DNA of 64,000 nucleotides from contig OZ210885.1 of the NCBI GenBank assembly GCA_964658305.1, positions 6,324,001-6,388,000 on the forward strand. Direction: 5' to 3'. The first letter of the stretch is position 1. Every line of letters starts with the position of its first letter. A model generated the notes under the pieces. The model was not told where the DNA came from. It made no database searches and saw nothing but the letters and a program-made list of their open reading frames with translations. The DNA comes from Leptogorgia sarmentosa. Lineage: Eukaryota. The position numbers were made by a program, and so were the translations under genes. Shown one piece after another: positions 51,824 through 64,000 of the stretch.

Positions 51824-54800
51824 ACTCAGTGGTCGTTGAGCAATTTACTGAGAATACCGTTGAAACAGACATTACTAAAACTAAACATGTCTCAGAGAAT
51901 ACATTTTATCAGGAGAAACTGAAAACGTATACACTTTTTAAAGCGAGTGGTGTTGGAAAAGATTACAAAATAACAGATGGAATTTATGTTTCACCTCTGA
52001 ACAATTTTACTTTGGATGATTTTGTTATAGTTAGACAATTGTTTTGTTCTGGCAGGCATACCAACGGGTGCTTGGAATGTTCACGTTTGTTAGAATTTGC
52101 CAGGTTGGTAAAAGATGGCGGAATTATAGAATTTGCTGCAACATATCGAACAATTTATCCTCATTTAGTGTACAAGAGCGATTTGGCAGTGAGAAAAATG
52201 ATGCAAGCACCTTTATGCGTGTTCAAAATGGCCACAATGGGTCACGGAAGCGAGAAATTGTATGTTACTGAGAAGATTGCTAGTGTAGATTACAGCTCTT
52301 TCATAACACTTACAAAAAAAGTGTGGCAAACACAGAAACCCAGTACTACTTTAGACAAAACCGCTCTAAAAGAACTTTGTAATTTGGCAAGCTCAGAGAA
52401 AGACAAGCTTCTTATTAAATATGTTTGTTGTAAATCTCAGAATTTGTCAATGAACAAAGCACGGCAACTGTACGGATTCTGGAACTTCAATCAACAAAAA
52501 GAGAAGATTAACAATGCTTTGCTTGAAATGAGAGAGATCCACGATGTTATTGAAGAACTTGCGGCAATAAAAGATACAGCGGTCTTGCAAGGGTTTGGAA
52601 TATGTGTGGAAGATGAACATTCAAGCAGTGAATCAGAATGTTCGTTGTCAGATGCAGAAAACTCAGAGATTGAATGGATATCTGAAGAAGAGAAAGACCA
52701 AACAACTCCTTCACGACTGCCGTCAGATGATCAGCTATTGTCTATGTTGAGAAACACTAACTTTAACTGGTTTGCTTTTATAACCGAAGTAAAAATGCTT
52801 TTACCAAACAATAGCGAGAATACATTGTTGGAATCCCTGGAAGAATTTTCGGGTCGACTTTCTGTTTTAAATGTGTCTGCCGAAGATCAGTTAAAAATTG
52901 AAACATCAAGACAAGCTTACTTCGCACTTGAAAAAGACAAAGCTATTCATGAATCATTGTCAGATGAGGACGAGACTAGTTCTAGAGATATTTCGGAAGC
53001 AGTTAGAAAACGAAGAATAATGTACAGAAGAAAACACGTGCGACAAAAAGCGAAAAGGATGGCTGAAGCACGTCTACTAAAAAGAAAACTGCCGAAGCGT
53101 GTATCCCGTATTTTGAAGAAATTTCCGAACATTGGAAAGGACGTTGAAGAGTTTGTAAGTGGAAAAAGAGTAGGGGCTGATGCGTGGCGTAGGACTGGGG
53201 TGCTCACCTTTGATGGAAATATAAAGCAGGGACCAAAAGTGACATACAAGGGTATCCAAAATCATCTACAAACAAAATATGGAATAAAGATCTCATATGG
53301 GACTGTCGTGCAGCTTTCAGTCATAAGAAATAAAAGGCGTCTATCGGCAAAGAGGTATCGTGGTGTCGCACGTATCACCTGTAGAAGAGCAAGAAAAGGA
53401 TTTTCCATAAAAATGAATCCTGATGCTCATTGGAATACCGCTATGTACAGGAGTTTGGATTACCTTCAATTAAAAAATGGCACAGAGCAACTGGTTTTAA
53501 ATCGAGATGATGCTGCAGGGTTTAGATTAGATACAACTTTTACGCATAAGCAACACAAGGGCGTTCAGCTGTTGGACAGCCACGATCTAACCTCTAGAAC
53601 TGACTACATGAACAAGTATACTTCCGTTTTGCAAACGACATCGTATCTTTTTCCGTCAACGTCGTCAACTCCTCCAACGTGTATTGGTGTAATTAAGCCA
53701 CATGTAATTTTTGAGAAGAATCCAAGTCAACATATGGCAGATCTTAACATGCTGGCAAAACAAGAACAGAACACAGCAGTGTTTAACCGATTGTCTGACG
53801 GGCAACGAAAAGATATATGGTACGTTCGCGTTGATGGAAGCAGTGATGAAGGCCCTGTACACAAAGAAGTGCAATTCCTGTGGACGGAAAAACATGTCAT
53901 GGACAATCACTCATGCACTGTGGTGACAACAAGGCACTCGGGTGGATCCTATCTCAACTCTGTGGAACTAATGAACGGTTGCCTCTCCGTGGCACACAAC
54001 AATTGCTTTATACCGTCAACACTTGGTGGACCAGTTGAAGATGAAAATGGGATAAACACCGAACAACTTAAACGTAATCTAGATTTGGCAGCAGATGTGT
54101 ATATTTCCAGGGTTAATGGTGCTCCATGTTGTGGCACCACAGTTCAGTTATGTAAAGGAAACCGAAGTGATTGCGCACAGAAATTATTGGGAAGAAGACA
54201 AAAACTTTTGACATTCTTGCACGGAAAGGCGATCGAAAAACAAAAGCTTTTGAAAGATGAGCCTGATATATTCCACTATTTTAGAAAGGTTTGGGATGTT
54301 TTCAATAATCACATGGTACCATCAATCCCAAAGCAATATGCACTTATGTTATTGCCTTGTTTTAAAGAAGGGTGCATCCATCCGCTGTGCAAAACAGGAA
54401 AACCAGCCATTGAACCACATTGCACGTGGTTTCCAAATGGCCCCCCTCTGTCGTATTTCCCACTACCCATTCCTGATGTCGATCGACCTTGGGGTGGCGA
54501 TTGTACCAGCTGTTCGGGTTTTTGTGCAGGACATTATAAAAAACCAGAAGATGCGCGGAAGAGTTATCAGGAAAAAGACAAGACAATCTGCCAAATTAAG
54601 CCTCCATCAGTGACGTTACTAGAACGTTTTGACGAGAGTGTGAAGAAAGGATTTGATTTGCTCGGGGATGAAAATAGGATCAACGAACTTGCAAAACAGG
54701 TGTTATTGACTCCAAATGAGGTGAAAATGTGGCTAAAACATCTAAAAGCAATTAAGTTAAGGAGGAAAGAGGGAGCGAAAAAAGCGGCTGCGACGAGAGC

Positions 54801-55484
54801 TGCTAAAAAAGGTATAAACTTTTTTCTAATTTGTATTGTTTACACAATCAACTAATATTAGGTATTATTTATCTTATAGCCTTACATGCACAAAATAACT
54901 CGGCAACACCTGCAAATGATAGAGAATCTTCGGCAGCAAATTGTCCATGCGGTCTGCCTGACAATGAAGACAATATGATTGCTTGTGAAAATCCAAAGTG
55001 TGATGTTGAGTGGTATCACATTTCTTGCGTTGGGCTCGATGAACTGGGGGATACAGATTTAGAGAATTTGGAGTGGTATTGTCCAGCATGTGAAGGTATG
55101 TGTGAGTCATGTAATGATTCTATCGTAGTACCTTTATTTAGGGTGTCATATACCTTGCATTGTTTTTTTATTTGGTATACTGTACAGTACTAGTCTTTGA
55201 AACAATTACATATTTACAGTAAATATGTATATAATTAGCTCTCTTTATGTATGTAATTAGCTCTCTGCATTTCAATGCTAACAGATAATGAATCCTCAAA
55301 CGACTCAGACAATGAAGACAGCTGTCACTGCGGGAGACCAAACAGTGCGGAGGAGATGATTGGGTGCGATGGTGATGATTGTGAGATAAAATGGTACCAT
55401 TTCAGTTGTGCTGGATTAACTGCAGAAACAGTTCCAGATGGAGAATGGTTGTGTCCAATGTGTTCAAACATGCTAACCAGCTAA
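51820..55484 (+). CDS. ORF2: Zator-like DD43E transposase plus two ING-type PHD fingers, 1135 aa (exons 51820-54811, 54880-55095, 55285-55484)
   Basis: [33 protein letters not shown](43 aa)-SYLNSVE. PHDs CPC...[17 protein letters not shown]...WYCPAC and CHC...[15 protein letters not shown]...WLCPMC. Both introns are phase 1 and keep frame. Confidence 0.8.
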
Positions 55485-56619
55485 CATTGTTAATATTGAA
55501 TTTTTATAATTAACTAATTTGGTTATTTGTATGCCTAGTATATAGCATGGATACTTAAATAAATGGGTAAGAAACTAATGTCATGTGTGATATTTTCAGG
55601 GTAGTGGTTGGTTTAGGTGGTGTTACTGACGTAACAACCTTGTTGAAACCTTGTTGACAATCATGCCGTCACAAAATGTCTAAATATCTCACGTTTTTAC
55701 AGCAATACAGTTAAAATTGATAGTCAAACAACTATGAACATTACAGTACCATTGTACAGTACAATATCTTGATATTATTACTCCTTTTGGACGCCATTTT
55801 CTTCACAAAACAATGTATGCACTTCGATTCTCAATACAGCTACTTAAACTCGAAAAAATGGAAGATCGGCAAAAACTTCAGAGTCTAAACCTGAACAGAA
55901 ATCAAAGACTTGTGACGTCACGAGACGCAACCTAGGTTCAAACTGCTGATGTCATCAGTTTCCTATCCATTTTTTTATGGTTATAGCATAAGCTGTTTAT
56001 GTATTTCGAGTTAAAAGACTTTTCAATCCAATTTTGGAATTTATATGTTGTTAATGTTATTAAAAAGGTGAATGATTGTCTAATTATTTCCCCAATGGGG
56101 TGGGAGAATAGTCAATTCACTCATCCCTATAGGGTGGGGGTATTTAAAGTTATGGTAGCATGAAAAATCTATGTCCCCACCATATCCCGAGGTTGGGGGG
56201 GTGGGGGATACAATTGACAAGTGCATAAGTCATCTGTCCAATCATATGTATTAAAAGTTACTTGATGACATATAGTGTCATTGAGAGTTTACTTTGATCA
56301 GAACCATATATGAACTTGAAGGGATTCTAACACTACATGCATTACCAAGTGGCATTACCCCAGGTTGGAACACAATCAATCTTTTGAATGATGAAAATGT
56401 AAATATTGTATATAATTTCCATATTTTATAAGTTAGCACATGAGGCAGAACAACCAAAAAAGTCACCATGTTGCCGTACATGTAAAAACCCAATGAAGGG
56501 ACATCTGCAAGGTCATTGTGCATGGAGAAATTCCATAGCATTGTTGCAAATAATATTATCATTCATATAACAAAATATATTTTACATGTATTAGAAAACC
56601 AAAAAATTCATTAATCTAC

Positions 56620-57569
56620 TTGTTCTCCCTTGGTATTGCCACTTGGATTTTTTTTTCCTTATGTGATGGTATATACAGGCAGGTAAAGGTTCTTCTATCT
56701 TCATCCCACCCCAGATAGCCACATGCATCTGCTTGCAGGTAGGTAAATGAGAATCAAGATATGATTAACCCATTGAGATTGGCAGTATGGCCTTATTTAT
56801 TTCCCTGAACTATTACTAAAAGTACAAGCAGTGGCCTAAGTTTTCAGTTTATATGAGTGCCCATCACTTCCTCTCAACAATGGTCCAACCATGGACAATA
56901 CAGCCGAATTTAGCATGGGTTCATAGTCCTTGTGTTGTGTTATGCATAGGATGTATTGTATGGACTCATCAAACGTTGCCTTTCCAATGGCACAAAGAAC
57001 TTCTCGACAACAACAATATTCCAGGGCACCAACTAACAAATCATCCCGGCAGAAGCTACACTTACACCTATAAAATACACGATTTTGGTTACTTCTGTGT
57101 GTAGCAGGTCCTGTATATTAGATTACTCACTTGTCTATTTACACTAACTTATTTTGTACATTTCATCACAATATCATGCAATAAGATTGATTGTCCTGGT
57201 TAATCACAGGAATGGCGCTTCATAAAATCATTGAAATAATAGCCTGAAAGTATAAAGGCAAACTACAATATATGTAAATAAATTATGTGAGAGAGAAAAA
57301 TCAAAAGGACACTTACCACTGGCCTACTGGAATGGTTTCCTTAGTGTTTCTATGGGAATACCATCCTTGTCTCCTTCAATGTCCAAAGCGTATTCTTGTC
57401 CAGCGACGGCAAGATGTGTGTCTTGATATGGCACATTGCCATCAGAACACATATCAACAACTTTGAAGTCTTCGTCATTTGAACTCTCTTGTGTCCCTTC
57501 CGTAGATGTTCGACTCTGATGTCGAACAGTGGTTGACATGCAAGATCTCATCCATTGTTCAAATTGCAT
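56620..57569 (-). pseudogene. P2RX7 C-terminal-like Cys-rich gene remnant (a type often found as transposon cargo)
   Basis: EYCCCRE...CITQHKDY...L, then a WGYLG-like segment; stops present. Confidence 0.5.
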
Positions 57570-58383
57570 TCAACATACAAGCGACGCATATATTAGGCCT
57601 TAATACACCGTTAAAATTGTGTGCTATAATGCACATCTCATTAATTATGCTTGGAAGTAATTTAATTCATGCTGCTTAAGTTTTGGAAATTTAAACAGTC
57701 TATTGGAAAACAAAGAGATAAATTAGGGGAAAAAATGAAAAGCACAAAAGATAATATAAATGCACCCTTTCACTAGTTCTACAATTAATAGATAGATGTT
57801 GTAACCCTCAGCTCAATGTGGAGTGTTGAATGTTTTACATGCAACAAAATGGTCAATTACTCGGTCAACACACGCAGCAAAAAAACTGGAAAGATGACAT
57901 CACCTGAGTTTTTGCTCCTATTCTGAAACACTACAAGGATAGAATTGAATGAAACGTCAAGAATACGGCCACAGCCTGCAGAAACTGTGTTTTGAACGTA
58001 TCCCGTCCAGTGGGACGCGGGATATCTATCAGCAGCCATCATATAAATATCAGCACAGTTTAAAGGGAGCGTCCAGAAACTAGTAAACATGCCAATTATT
58101 GCGGTAAAATACGAGGAAATCCTGTGAATTTTGCATTTCAACCACTTCAGGCTCAAATGTGGTTGTCTGATAGGCTATATTTTCTGAATTTTTGCAACAT
58201 TTTGCAAAAACAACTTTACAGCACAATGGGGATGGGCAGAACAATAACTACTGCATTAACTTTAACAGCATCATAAGCATACGAAAGCTTCATAGGCTTA
58301 ACATGGTTCATAATACACAAACTGGGAACCATAATTTGCCATTTCATTATACGTGCCCGATGTTGTACAGTGTCTATCCTCAC

Positions 58384-58470
58384 CTTATTCTTCGCGTCCA
58401 GTTGGGCCCCTTTCTCTATCAGGCATTTCACAAGGTCAACATGTCCTCTTGACGTCTGTCCGACGTCAAA
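58384..58470 (-). other. Isolated ankyrin-repeat exon
   Basis: AG/GT-bounded, phase 0, RGHVDLVKCLIEKGAQLDAKNK. Confidence 0.55.
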
Positions 58471-58653
58471 CTAAAAACGAACATATGACTAATCAATGAT
58501 CACTTTAAAGGTAAAGTTTGTAGTTTACACCACATAATTTTATTAAAGCTTTTGATCTGTAAGCCCGGATCGTCACCAGTGCCAATAATATCTTGTAAGA
58601 TATTATAATATTATAGAATATTATATTATATCCCCAATAATATCTTATAAGAT

Positions 58654-58706
58654 ATTATTGGCACTGATGAAGATCCAAGCTTACAGATCGAAAGCTTTGC
58701 AATAAT
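58654..58706 (+). ncRNA. Minimal type-I hammerhead ribozyme motif (Penelope-like pseudo-LTR)
   Basis: CTGATGA (58664-58670), GATC/GATC helix II, GAAA, palindromic AAAGCTTT helix III, ATTATTGGCA/TGCAATAAT helix I. Confidence 0.65.
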
Positions 58707-59236
58707 AAAAAACTTTATAAATAAACGTAGGAGTTCCGCACATTACAGGAAATTTGGAGCAAAAAGTTTTTCAAAATAGGGTGGCAGCGTGGCAATATTT
58801 ACGGCAACTGAATGGAAATGGACGGGAATCCCATCCCACAGGACGAAAATTCTGTTCTGAAATTCCGTACAATTCTGCACAATCAATATAAACACATAGT
58901 GGCCGACCCTGTGGCCAACCAGCCTAACTCTCTTCTCAATGTCTTATACTGCAAATCTAATTCAAGATCCCACTCTTGAAAATAAAAAATTAATGAAAAA
59001 GTCTCACTCTAAATTAATTTCACTGAAGTTCAGATCCCAGTCTCGAAAATCAAAATTAACTTAATTGAAGATCCCAGTCTTGTAAATCAAAGTGAACTTA
59101 AGTCGACCTCAATTGACCCTTTAACCCTAGTAAGAATCGATTTATCTCAACCGGTTATCTGAATTGTTTCACAGACAGCCAAATTTAGCCTATGGCTATA
59201 GCAGTGGGTCTGATCAAGGAAGCATTACAATGGGTC

Positions 59237-59570
59237 TTACAAATTCATTGTAACACAAGAGACATCTGTTCTGTTTGAAATGTCCCTAGAATAGAATTTG
59301 TTGGCTTTTAAATCAGCAATTATTTTATCAGTTATAATGTCACCGCAACATTTAATGAGTTTGTTTTGTGAAGTCCTCTTCGAGCTCTGGTTCGTTCCAA
59401 CAATATTCCCAACACCACCTTTGGAGTAACTACCAACTTCTGGGTGAAACTGAGAGTCGTTACGATGACCGCAAAAAGCTAAACTGAGGTGACCACACAT
59501 TAGAACAGTATCACAAATAGAACTTAATTTGGCTCGATTACTTTCTACCCCTTTCTTAACTGCATCATCA
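59237..59570 (-). pseudogene. hAT transposase fragment (PRKRIR/ZMYM1-like)
   Basis: LMCGHLSLAFCGHRND, SQNKLIKCCGDII...KFYS. Confidence 0.75.
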
Positions 59571-59739
59571 ATGATGACCTGAATAAGTCATCATTGATGA
59601 TATATACATATTGGAGATAAATGCTGTAAAAACAGGAAAGGTACAGCCATGCAACCCCATGTCAGTCCCAGTCCCATGGCTAGCATAATGTTTCAAGACA
59701 AAAGTAGCACCAGCGCTGGTGGAAGCGTTCAAATTTATT

Positions 59740-59968
59740 TTGGCTTGTGGACGTAACCTGAACAATCATGACAGATCAGGGCACAGAATTTTTTAACAGA
59801 CATTTTCGAGCACTCATATAAGAAGAAGACATCCAGCTTTACAATGCATATAACGAAACCAAAGCTTCTATTCTGGAACGGTTGATTCGTACATGGAAAA
59901 CAAAAATGTAGCGTTACTTTACAGCCAATAAAGCAATGGGATATGTTCACATGTTACCTAAGTTAGTA
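59740..59968 (+). pseudogene. Polinton/Maverick-type rve integrase fragment
   Basis: TDQGTEF/FNRHFRAL, NETKASILERLIRTWKTKM*RYFTA. Confidence 0.65.
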
Positions 59969-59969
59969 T

Positions 59970-60605
59970 ACGGTGGAACACCGCCTTAGGCACCCCCCCC
60001 CCCCCCCCATTAATGCGGTCAACTCGCTGTTAATACGGTCACCTCAATAATGCGGTCATTTTTTTTTCCGGACAAAATACTCATATATTTTATAATAAAG
60101 TTACCCTGTTAATATGGCCACCCCGTTAATACGGCCAACGGCCATGTTGGAGAGTTTCCAACTTAAGAAATCACCCCGTTAATATGGTCACGCAGAAAAT
60201 AAATGTGTTTACAGACAGAAATCCTGCTCGAGACAACGAATTTTTCATTGTTCTACTGCAGTGTCAAATTAATATTAATCTAGTTTTAACGGACAGAAAT
60301 GCAGTATATTTTAGAACACCTTGTGCAGTGAAACACACAAATCAAGCTGCATCATATTACAAATTTTTCAGTTATCTTTCTTATCAGGCACGCAAAGGAA
60401 AAGAAAGAATCAACAAGGTTCTTTAGCGACATTTAACTCTTGACACTGTTCCTTCAAAATTAGTGAAAACTTTGAGAACTTTATGTTTAGCGATTAATAG
60501 ATATTTAGGGTGGGGTATGGGTTTTATTGTGATTTTAGAATAAACATATGGCGTCATAATTGACATTTGATCTCACCCCGCCAATACGGCCACCCCTTGG
60601 TGGCC
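59970..60605. mobile_element. pogo/Tigger-like non-autonomous element fragment
   Basis: TA-CGGTGGAAC start and repeated TAATACGGCCA/TAATGCGGTCA motifs. Confidence 0.5.
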
Positions 60606-62950
60606 AGCTATTTGTAAAACCAGGAACACGGAACACCAAAATACACGGAACATATAATTGAAATGCATATAATGAAATTAAATAATATACCGGGGGGTTG
60701 TAACTAAATATTTACATGGCTGAATCACATTGCCGATGTGCGCAGTCAAAGTTCAATTTTAAATTCTTTTATTTACGGCGCACAGTGAACAGTCTTAATT
60801 CTTACATACTCACATTCGCCGGAAAAAATTGCGCTGTCACACAATGTTTGTAGTGTGATATTGTATATTTCTTTAGCATAATGGTTGTAAAAAAGTAGCA
60901 TGCGATTCATAAAATATAATGAAGATGAAAGCCAATATCCACGACAATATTATCAACTCAAAACTAAATGTAGACCTTCATTTTGAAAAGCAGAAGTGCA
61001 TAATGATTGATGTATACACAATTATCATCTAATTATATGAACCCCGAACCTCCAATCCAAAATAAAATTTCATCGATTGTTCATGATATGTTAGCTTTTC
61101 AAAGTTTACATGCAGTTTTAAATTTCAACACTAATTACACACATATATAGATTATAGAGCATTATATCAGAGCATTATTCCACAGTCAACGGAACGAAGA
61201 ACTTGTATCAATGCATTAGTCATTCTGTTCGAAGTATAATGTACTTAGTTAGCTTCCAGGCTATGTGAGCGATTGCCTACTGAACAATACAATACTCAAT
61301 ATCGTAATGAAATCTTCAATGTTAATTGCTATATATAAAATGTTGCGAATAAGAAATGCAGTAATGTACATGCCAAAGCTTGCTTGCAACACTTGTCGTA
61401 AATCATCTGTGATTTGCGTGTCACAGACAAGTGGAAGTACATTTTGTGGTTGGAACGTTTGATTGCATAAACGGATGCACTGGGTGCTGAGATGGTAATG
61501 TCTATTTTGCTCCCGCCCAAGTTGCCAAGACTTTGAGCCATCATCATTTATGTGAAGATAGTAATCATGCTCTTTCCTGCAAATAACGACTGTGTTGTCT
61601 GGAGGGTGAACACCAGAAGTTTTAAAAGCATTCCCACAACCATTACACTTGGAAATTCTACCAATGGGCATTTGTCAATGGTATTGCAGGTCTTGGTTGT
61701 TCTTGCAGTCGGCCAACTTGACTCTCGGTAGGATTTTGTGTTATAGCGCTTGTTGCCGGTGTAGTCAACTTGATTCTCACTTCTCTAACGGTTATTGGCT
61801 GACTTGCTCTCCTACCTTTTCGTCTAGCTGTGCCTGGCTTTTTCCCAGGATTTTCTGGCATATTTGCAGTCAAGGCGTTTGTTAATCTTGCTGCAGTTTT
61901 TGCTTTGTGTGTACAATACCAGTCAAGAAATTGTTTCGTTTCCATATTATGTGCTGCAGCGGCTAGAGTGTGTGAACAGAAACTAATACCACACCAGTGT
62001 GGACAAGACTTTTCACAAGAAAACTCTCCCTAATTCTTCCCTGTAGTCACTAAATGTGGTCTCTTAACATTGCTGTAACTGGCAACCATTCTGGATCCTT
62101 TTGGGCATCCTGGTGCTGTGACAATATTATCCAGCACGCTCATCAATGGGCGCCCTTTATTCCAAATTCCTGAGGCTGTCTCCTTGTCAATGTAACGTTC
62201 TAATTTGCAGGCATTATCGTTGAAATCAACACCAAGGATATCAGCTTCGGACACGATCGTTTTCGGGCGAGCGTCATTTGTTGGACTGTTAGCTGAAGAA
62301 CCAATAGTTACGGTTTCCCGGTCCAAATTCCGAACCGATATATTGAAAATTGTCTTTATGCGCTCTACTCTTCTTCACTAGTTATCGATTCTGCTATTTC
62401 CTACTCATGCAAAGATGGGTGAAGGCGATATGGACCTTTTCCAATAACAGCCCATTTTTTTTTCGTCATTCTACGAGACCTCATGCGGTTTTGGCAAATT
62501 GGGGCAGATTGTGAGGTCGACCGTTAGCTTCGTCGCTCAGGAGGTGGTTGATACACTCAACTCTATTTGTGGTGAATTGGGGTGCTGGATTTCCCAATCC
62601 TGCTCGGATACGAACTGGACGTAACATTGAATCGACCATTTCGTCAGCTTTGTGTTTAGCTATCCACAAATGGATGTTTTCTCCTCTAATGCCCATTTGC
62701 TTTTTCCATTTTTTGCCAACTTCAGCCATTCGTAACCAGAATTCCTCAGCGTTGTCACTGTCAATGAGACCTTCTTGAAACATCGACCCAGCCTGCTGTC
62801 CAAAGATGTCGGCAATATAATGATTTGGTTAAATTCCAATATACCCACCACGTTTAAGTGTCTGTCAATGTTTTGTCGTTCATGAAGAAAGCAGCAGAAA
62901 CACGTTGCACAGTTTCACCTCACCGTCTGTACCAATTGGAGATTTGCCTT
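60606..62950 (-). mobile_element. MULE/MuDR-like transposon remnant with SWIM and C-terminal zinc finger
   Basis: GTDGE, GLIDS, RAGLG...FTTNRVECIN, CEKSCPHW....CSH, ISKCNGC...HYHL..QC; GGAACAC repeats near 60620. Confidence 0.72.
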
Positions 62951-63080
62951 TCTGGAAAGTTTTATAAAAAATTAATGAACAAAAATGATGAAACAATAAC
63001 TTTCCTCCTCACCCTTAATTAACTAATGAACTAACCAGCTTTGTCTGTGGTTCGGACTTTCTGTTGATAAGAAAATGACC

Positions 63081-63223
63081 GTTTTTATACTAGAGACGAT
63101 ATTATCGTCTCAGACGACATCGTCTTCAGACGACATTAACATCTAATATAAATACGGCGACGACAATTTCGTCCGATGATAATAAATATCGTCTCAGACG
63201 ATAAAATCGTCCAGTATAAAAAC
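63081..63223. mobile_element. Small MITE with GACGAT/ATCGTC motifs
   Basis: GTTTTTATACT ... AGTATAAAAAC inverted ends. Confidence 0.65.
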
Positions 63224-63399
63224 AAGTCGGCATAATTCACCAGAATTGCAGATGATTTTGAGCTGACTCAGGCAAATGAAATCGAGGTTGACGCTTGACA
63301 CTGTAAACAATATGGCTATTGTGAAATGCGGGGTTCGATCGTTAAACAGAAGGAATGGACTACAAATATGAACCTTTTAATCATAGAACCATCATAAAC

Positions 63400-64000
63400 A
63401 TAAACACACATGCTAAAGTCAAAGCGCGGGCAAACGCCCGCTATTCTAGTTCAAACTAGTACTGTACTTTATGTAACATCCATGACATCCTCCGGGGGGG
63501 CGTTAATTATGTTTGTCCATTTCGCTATTTTTCCCAAGGCGTTCTTTGCGGCTGTTCTGCTACTTCTTCGTTGCTGAACTTCTTTGTCCTTTTCTTCTGT
63601 TTCGGTCTTTGGGGCGATATCCGCCCGGATTTCAAGAGGGTATAGCCGGGCAATGGGTCTGTTGGTTTGACCGTTTGCTGTACGCACGCTTGCTGCTCGA
63701 ACATGGCCGTCGTTCCCCTTGACCAGATCTGTTATCACCGCGAGCTTCCATTTAATCCTTGGAGTATCATCGTGGATCAGCACTACTTCTCCAACTCGGA
63801 TAGTTTGTTCGTTTTTACCGGTCGTTCTGTGGTATTCTCGAAGAGATGTTAGGTATTCAGCCTTCCATCGTAACCAAAAATGCTTGAGGATAAGTGCCAG
63901 GGTTTGGGCTCTTTTCGTTACTTCTGAGATGTTTCCAAAGTTGGGGTCGTTGATTTCATCGTCCTCGACATGTAGATGAGGAAGAGAGGTAATACGCTGT
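63400..64000 (-). mobile_element. 3' end of a second BEL/Pao element (integrase C-terminus; 3' LTR starts TGT at about 63487)
   Basis: FWLRWKAEYLTSLRE, PRIKWKLAVI..L..GNDG.VR, RPIARLYPLE, APPEDV. Far end of the LTR not determined. Confidence 0.85.

Larger units (their letters stand above)
49179..56225 (+). mobile_element. 7047-bp Zator-related DNA transposon, apparently intact
   Basis: 51-bp TIRs with one mismatch (49179-49229, 56175-56225); TAA TSD (49176-49178, 56226-56228). Confidence 0.9.

Noticed and set aside
54831..55484. Host ING-family gene
   Set aside because: No ING N-terminal domain; the exons lie inside the TIRs and splice in frame to the transposase.

Overview
Eukaryotic, AT-rich, intron-containing DNA that is almost entirely a nested transposable-element cluster. 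The mix of families resembles cnidarian/anthozoan or similar marine-invertebrate genomes (inference). From left to right: a degenerate DIRS-type retrotransposon with a minisatellite-filled intron in gag; a KDZ/Zisupton-like fragment followed by an RFX-winged-helix/kinase-like gene and a convergent spliced homeodomain-HMG-GTF2I gene; an apparently intact hAT and a DD38E Tc1 inside an intron of that gene; P-element, hAT and tyrosine-recombinase fragments; an OTU-bearing Helitron interrupted by a Harbinger that holds a CR1/L2 LINE; a hAT split by a young RT-less BEL/Pao LTR element; an IS3EU-like element carrying a HECT gene; a 7-kb apparently intact Zator-related DD43E element; then MULE, Polinton, Penelope-hammerhead and BEL remnants. 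Best leads: (1) the Zator-related element encoding CIDE-N and PHD fingers, with a T-TTT-TTA slippery site joining its two ORFs; (2) a BEL/Pao element whose PBS is complementary to its own LTR, a Tf1-like self-priming geometry. All family and domain calls come from motif recognition by eye; no searches were run.
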